Positions 59,786 through 64,000 of a DNA stretch of 64,000 nucleotides are shown in pieces. This DNA is from an uncultured Arcobacter sp. (GTDB lineage Bacteria > Campylobacterota > Campylobacteria > Campylobacterales > Arcobacteraceae). Each line of letters starts with the position of its first letter. Within the stretch, counting starts at the first letter, position 1. The stretch is taken from the NCBI GenBank assembly GCA_965140705.1, contig OZ223300.1, forward strand, positions 256,001 to 320,000, given 5' to 3'. The position numbers and the translations under genes were made by a program. The notes below the pieces were generated by a model, which was not told the origin of the DNA, made no database searches, and worked only from the letters and a program-made list of their open reading frames with translations.

Positions 59786-60427
59786 CTAAAAAGTATATGA
59801 GTCATCTTTTAGTGAAGCATGGGAATAATCACAAAATGGTTTATTTTCTGATGCTCCACAACGGCATAGGGTAAATTTAGTTTTATTGGCAAATGATGAC
59901 CAGTGTTCAATTTTTAAATCAACTGCTCCAATTACAGTAATTGGAGCATTTTTTAGTATATTGATATTTTCTTTCTCATAATCTTGCATAATTTGTTTAT
60001 TTTCTATTGAATAAGATAAGGCACTAGAAGGACAACCTTCAATTGACTTGATTATCTCTTCTGTTGTCTCTGTATCTAAGTTAATCCAGTCATGTGAGCT
60101 TTCTGAGCTATAAATAGAGGGAAATTCATTAACACATTGTGCACTACCAGCACAAATTGAGCGATTAAAAGTTACAGTTACATCTTTTGAATTATAAACT
60201 TGGATAATCTCTTCTTTTAATTTTTTTTCTGAAGTAAAATTATCTTTTAAGTGAGTCCCATCACAAAAAGGTTGGTTTTTAGATTTCCCACATCTGCAAA
60301 TAAAGGTGCTTTTTTCTAATGTAATGGGTAATGAGTCATAAAATATTATATTTTTTAAAGTTTTATTACTTAAGTTTGAAATTTTTAAAGGGCCATTTTC
60401 TATAGGGATAATTGATAATTCATTCAT
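59786..60427 (-). CDS. CDGSH iron-sulfur domain protein (two CDGSH + divergent 4Fe-4S domain)
   Basis: CRCGKSKNQPFCDGTH, CAGSAQC...CPSSAL, CRCGASENKPFCDYSH. Confidence 0.88.
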   Translation of the reverse strand: MNELSIIPIENGPLKISNLSNKTLKNIIFYDSLPITLEKSTFICRCGKSKNQPFCDGTHLKDNFTSEKKLKEEIIQVYNSKDVTVTFNRSICAGSAQCVNEFPSIYSSESSHDWINLDTETTEEIIKSIEGCPSSALSYSIENKQIMQDYEKENINILKNAPITVIGAVDLKIEHWSSFANKTKFTLCRCGASENKPFCDYSHASLKDDSYTF

Positions 60428-60515
60428 ATGTACTCCTTTTTTATAATAAATAAGAACTTAAAACTTGTTATTCTAAAAACCAACAATAAAAGTTTACAAT
60501 ACAATTATTAATCAA

Positions 60516-61292
60516 TTATTTCTTAAATATTATTGTATCCATTGATTGATTTCCATACATATAAATATCGTGTAAAGATTCTCCTATATGATTATTTGAG
60601 GCACCAAAAGTTACAAATAAAGGTAAAAAATGTTCTTTAGAGGGATGGTTCATCTGTAGATTAGGAGCTTCTTTTTCATAATTTAATAAAGAAGTAATAT
60701 TGCCTTTTTGGATATTTCCTACAACCCAATCTCTAAACTCTTTTGCATAAGAATTAGGTTTTGCATTTTCATTTTCCCAAGTTGAGTTCATAATATTATG
60801 CGTCATAGCACCACTTCCAATAATTAAGGTATTTTCTCTTAATTTATTTAAAACTACTCCCAATTCAAAAAGTTTTTTTGAATCAAAGTTTATTGGTAAA
60901 GAGAGTTGAATAATTGGAATATTTGCCTTTGGATATATTAAGCTTAGAGGGGACCATACTCCATGATCAAATCCACCTCTTGAAATATCTTTTTCTATTT
61001 CTATTCCAGAACTTTTAATTAAATCTATTATTTCATCACATTTATTTAAATCACTTTTTGCTTCATATTTTAATTCGTATAACTCTTGTGGGAAATTATA
61101 AAAATCGTGTATTGTATGAGGATTCTCTTCATATAATATTTTTAAATTTTTAGTAAGCCAATGGGCTGAAATAACTAAGATAAATTTGGGTTCAGGAAAA
61201 TTTGATGATAAATTTTTTAAAAAGGAAGTAGTACTATTATCCATTATAGATAGAGCTGGACTTCCATGTGATATATATAAACTTGGGAACAT
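60516..61292 (-). CDS. DODA/YgiD-type extradiol dioxygenase
   Basis: SHGSP, ISAHW, IHDFYNFP, DHGVW, GSGAMTHN, HPSKEHFLPL. Confidence 0.9.
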   Translation of the reverse strand: MFPSLYISHGSPALSIMDNSTTSFLKNLSSNFPEPKFILVISAHWLTKNLKILYEENPHTIHDFYNFPQELYELKYEAKSDLNKCDEIIDLIKSSGIEIEKDISRGGFDHGVWSPLSLIYPKANIPIIQLSLPINFDSKKLFELGVVLNKLRENTLIIGSGAMTHNIMNSTWENENAKPNSYAKEFRDWVVGNIQKGNITSLLNYEKEAPNLQMNHPSKEHFLPLFVTFGASNNHIGESLHDIYMYGNQSMDTIIFKK

Positions 61293-61301
61293 TTTAGTCC
61301 T

Positions 61302-61742
61302 TTAATTTGCTTTGTAAATTTTATTAACCAATGAGTATAAAGTATCTAATTCTTCGTCACTTAGTACTTCCATCGCTTTATATAAATTTTTTGAATGTTC
61401 TGGAAACACTTTTTCTATAATGTCTTTACCTTTTTGTGTAATTGTTAAAATTGAGGCTCTATTATCTTTTGGATCTTTTATTGAAGTAATCCACTCATCT
61501 CTTTTTAAATTTTTTACTACAACAGTAATATTTCCAGGAGTACTCATAGTAAGTTTTGTTATTGAACCTATATTTAAATTACCTCTATGGTATAGAACTT
61601 CTAAAACCTTAAATTGGTTAAAAGTTAGTCCATGTTGAGATAAATACGAAAGAGTTTTATTTGTTATTTTGAGTGATGCTTTTTCTAATCTAACAACAGT
61701 TCTCATAGATTTATCTGTTCTTTCTCCATAAGTTTTTACCAT
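61302..61742 (-). CDS. MarR family transcriptional regulator (MhqR-like)
   Basis: LTFNQFKVLEVLYHRG, GNITVVVKNL, DNR, LTITQKG. Confidence 0.9.
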   Translation of the reverse strand: MVKTYGERTDKSMRTVVRLEKASLKITNKTLSYLSQHGLTFNQFKVLEVLYHRGNLNIGSITKLTMSTPGNITVVVKNLKRDEWITSIKDPKDNRASILTITQKGKDIIEKVFPEHSKNLYKAMEVLSDEELDTLYSLVNKIYKAN

Positions 61743-61773
61743 TTTTCTTCCTTTAAATTTTAATCAATAAAGC

Positions 61774-62478
61774 CTAGGCTTCTTTCATTTCTATAAATAA
61801 GAAATGTGAATTTGAAATAGCATTAATAGTAATTTTATTTTCTTTAGTGATTTCCATAGCATCACCATAATTTAATTCAATTCCATTAATCGTTGAAGTA
61901 CCTTCTATTTGTACAAAATAAACTTGTCTATTTTTATCGATTTTATACTCAAGTGTTTTATCTTTTTCTAATTCACTTACATAAAAATTAACATCTTGAT
62001 GAATCTTAATTTCTGCATTTCCTTCTTGCGAAGAGACTATATTTAATAATTTATTTTTTCTTTCTTCTTCTAAATATCTTTTTGAACCATAAAGTCTTGG
62101 TAAAGAGCTTTTTGGTGGGATAATCCAAATTTGTAAAAGTCTTAAATCTTTAGTTTTATTAAGATTATATTCACTGTGATAAATACCATCTCCTGCACTT
62201 AAATATTGGACTTCTCCACGTTTTAGTGTCTCTTCATTTCCCATAGAATCTTTGTGTGTAATCTCTCCATCAATAACATAAGAGATTATTTCCATGTTTG
62301 CATGTGGATGCGTACCAAATCCACTATCTGGATGTATAATATCATCATTTATTACTCTTAAAACCCCAAAATTTATATTATTAGGATTTCTATATTCTGC
62401 AAAACTAAAATGGAAACGACTTTCCAACCAACCAAGATTTGATGTTCCCATATTCTCCTTTAAAAGTTTTTTTAACAT
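61774..62478 (-). CDS. Pirin family protein (YhhW-like)
   Basis: GWL.SRFHFSFA, FGTHPHANMEI, HKDSMGN, HSEYN, LQIWI. Confidence 0.92.
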   Translation of the reverse strand: MLKKLLKENMGTSNLGWLESRFHFSFAEYRNPNNINFGVLRVINDDIIHPDSGFGTHPHANMEIISYVIDGEITHKDSMGNEETLKRGEVQYLSAGDGIYHSEYNLNKTKDLRLLQIWIIPPKSSLPRLYGSKRYLEEERKNKLLNIVSSQEGNAEIKIHQDVNFYVSELEKDKTLEYKIDKNRQVYFVQIEGTSTINGIELNYGDAMEITKENKITINAISNSHFLFIEMKEA

Positions 62479-62481
62479 AAT

Positions 62482-62985
62482 TTATCCTTTTACTATACTA
62501 GCAAACTGACTAATAATTCTTTGTGAACTCTCAAGATTTAATGCTTTTGTATATGTTGTTAGAATTTCTCTTGGTAAGACTATTGCATTAAGTCTTGTAA
62601 ATTGTGTTCTCATAGCATTTAAAGCATCTTGTCCACCACTACCAGAGTGTGTTGCCAATTGTATTTTTTTAAGAGCAAAAAGTGCTCTAAAGTCATCCCC
62701 TATTCTTGATAACCAAGCAATTGTATTTACTAAAACTGGTGGTAGTGAAAAATTGTACTCAGGTGAAATAAATATAAATCCTTCTGCCTTATTCATTTTT
62801 TCAGATAATTCATGAATCTTTGTGGGAATACCATCATTTTGTTCTTTTAATGTATCGTACATAGGTAGATTTAATTCAACTAAATTAATTATTTCACTTT
62901 CTAAATTTTCACTATTCAATTGTTCTTGTAAATTTTTTGCTAATTTCATATTTTCATTTAAACTTGCTACAAATATTAATATCAT
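62482..62985 (-). CDS. NADPH-dependent FMN reductase
   Basis: LPMYD, SPEYNFSLPPVL.N.IAWLSR, SGSGG. Confidence 0.85.
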   Translation of the reverse strand: MILIFVASLNENMKLAKNLQEQLNSENLESEIINLVELNLPMYDTLKEQNDGIPTKIHELSEKMNKAEGFIFISPEYNFSLPPVLVNTIAWLSRIGDDFRALFALKKIQLATHSGSGGQDALNAMRTQFTRLNAIVLPREILTTYTKALNLESSQRIISQFASIVKG

Positions 62986-63043
62986 AATTTATTCCTTAAA
63001 TATTATTATAAATTTTGAACTTTTTTAATAGTTCAACTACTTC

Positions 63044-63074
63044 GATGTTACCAAGTAAATAACTTGATAACATC
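63044..63074 (-). terminator. Hairpin after yceI (partial terminator or mRNA-stabilising stem)
   Basis: GATGTTACCAAGT-AAATA-ACTTGATAACATC. Confidence 0.5.
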
Positions 63075-63081
63075 AGAATGT

Positions 63082-63648
63082 TTATTTTGCTAAAACACCT
63101 TCTAATTCAACATTGATTTTAACAGTTTCTCCAACTAAAACTCCACCAGCTTCTAAAGTTTTATTCCAGTTAAGACCAAAGTCTTTTCTATTGATTTTTC
63201 CTGATAGTTCTAAACCAACTCTTTTATTTCCCCAAGGGTCAGTAACTGTTCCATTATTTTCATAATCAAAAACTACAGGTTTAGTAATACCTCTTATCGT
63301 AAGTTTCCCATATGCTTTATCTCCTTTGATTTTTTCTAAATCAAATGTTAATTCTGGATGATTTGCCGCATCAAAGAAATCAGCAGATTTTAAATGTCCA
63401 TCTCTTTTTGCGTTATCAGTATTGATTGAAGCAACTTCTGCTGTACCTTTTAAGCTTTTTAATGTATTAGTTTTTTCATCAAAAACAAAAGAACCATTAA
63501 ATTTATCAAATTTCCCAGTTACATTTGAAATCATTAAGTGTTTAACTTTAAATCCAAGGTTTGAGTGAACTGTATCAACCTTATATGTTCCTGCAAATAA
63601 TGCACCTGCTGTTAAGATAGAGATTAGTCCTAATTTTACTATGTTCAT
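63082..63648 (-). CDS. yceI: YceI family lipid/isoprenoid-binding periplasmic protein
   Basis: Signal peptide; HSNLGFKVKHLMISNV.G.F, RDGHLKS.DFFD, INRKDFG. Confidence 0.92.
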   Translation of the reverse strand: MNIVKLGLISILTAGALFAGTYKVDTVHSNLGFKVKHLMISNVTGKFDKFNGSFVFDEKTNTLKSLKGTAEVASINTDNAKRDGHLKSADFFDAANHPELTFDLEKIKGDKAYGKLTIRGITKPVVFDYENNGTVTDPWGNKRVGLELSGKINRKDFGLNWNKTLEAGGVLVGETVKINVELEGVLAK

Positions 63649-63663
63649 TTTTTTCCTTTCTTA

Positions 63664-63679
63664 ATTACTAATTAGTAAT
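63664..63679. promoter_or_regulatory. Operator palindrome 2 (near yceI RBS)
   Basis: ATTACTAATTAGTAAT, perfect 16-bp palindrome. Confidence 0.7.
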
Positions 63680-63800
63680 ATTTATATTTAGCTTTTTTTA
63701 AAGCAACAACTTCTGAAAACTTTATAAGAATGTATAATTCAAATTGATAAAAGATTACAAAATAAAACTAAAATATAGTTCATTTTGAATCTGTAAAAGA

Positions 63801-63830
63801 ATTATACTACTAATTAGTAGTATTTGTCAA
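63801..63830 (-). promoter_or_regulatory. Sigma70 promoter of yceI operon with embedded operator palindrome 1
   Basis: Minus strand TTGACA-N18-TATAAT; perfect palindrome ATACTACTAATTAGTAGTAT at 63804-63823. Confidence 0.8.
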
Positions 63831-63836
63831 GTAAAA

Positions 63837-63866
63837 TTGCCTAAAAAAGTAAAATTCTTTAGGCAA
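63837..63866 (-). terminator. Hairpin after the Lys/Ala-rich gene
   Basis: TTGCCTAAA...TTTAGGCAA. Confidence 0.5.
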
Positions 63867-63873
63867 ATATTAT

Positions 63874-64000
63874 TTAAGCGGCTTTTTTAGCTATTTTTTT
63901 AGCAACTTTTTTTGCAGCTTTTGGTTTAGTAAGTTTTAACTTAGAAACTTTTTTAGTGATTTTTTTAGCTATTTTTTTAGCCGGTTTTTTCTTAGCAACT
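63874..64000 (-). CDS. C-terminus of a protein with histone H1-like Lys/Ala repeats (partial)
   Basis: Manual translation: ...VAKKKPAKKIAKKITKKVSKLKLTKPKAAKKVAKKIAKKAA*. Confidence 0.7.
   Translation of the reverse strand, partial: VAKKKPAKKIAKKITKKVSKLKLTKPKAAKKVAKKIAKKAA

Noticed and set aside
1..64000. CRISPR arrays, IS elements, prophage or anti-phage defence genes
   Set aside because: No regularly spaced repeat-spacer array and no transposase, integrase or phage-like ORF seen; the repeats at 18780-19000 and 63874-64000 are coding repeats

Overview
AT-rich chromosomal window from a Campylobacterota bacterium, most likely Arcobacteraceae. This is inferred from gene content and order: RNase J, futalosine-pathway mqnP, degenerate SpeE, tRNA-Arg(UCG) and Crd-type copper genes. 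Two parS-like sites suggest it lies near oriC. Housekeeping genes are interrupted by four accessory blocks. (1) A copper locus (copZ-copA-RR-HK-crdA-tolC-cusB-cusA plus a secreted GSCGxGKCG-repeat peptide), whose three promoters share a tandem AC-rich repeat at an identical distance from the -10. (2) After tRNA-Arg, a TRAP transporter + HpxW-like (oxamate amidohydrolase) + TSUP exporter operon with a structured leader. (3) A glucosylglycerate synthesis and phosphorolysis operon continuing into a complete Entner-Doudoroff pathway, with no glucokinase or sugar transporter. (4) A yceI-FMN reductase-pirin-MarR-DODA operon with clear palindromic operators. The most striking unannotated signal is a 19-bp motif, TTGTATA-N5-TATACAG, found exactly 31 nt upstream of the predicted -10 of both block 2 and block 3; it suggests a shared, possibly nitrogen-limitation, regulon. 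Several small unannotated membrane ORFs and probable leaderless genes are also visible. All calls come from reading the sequence; no database searches were run.
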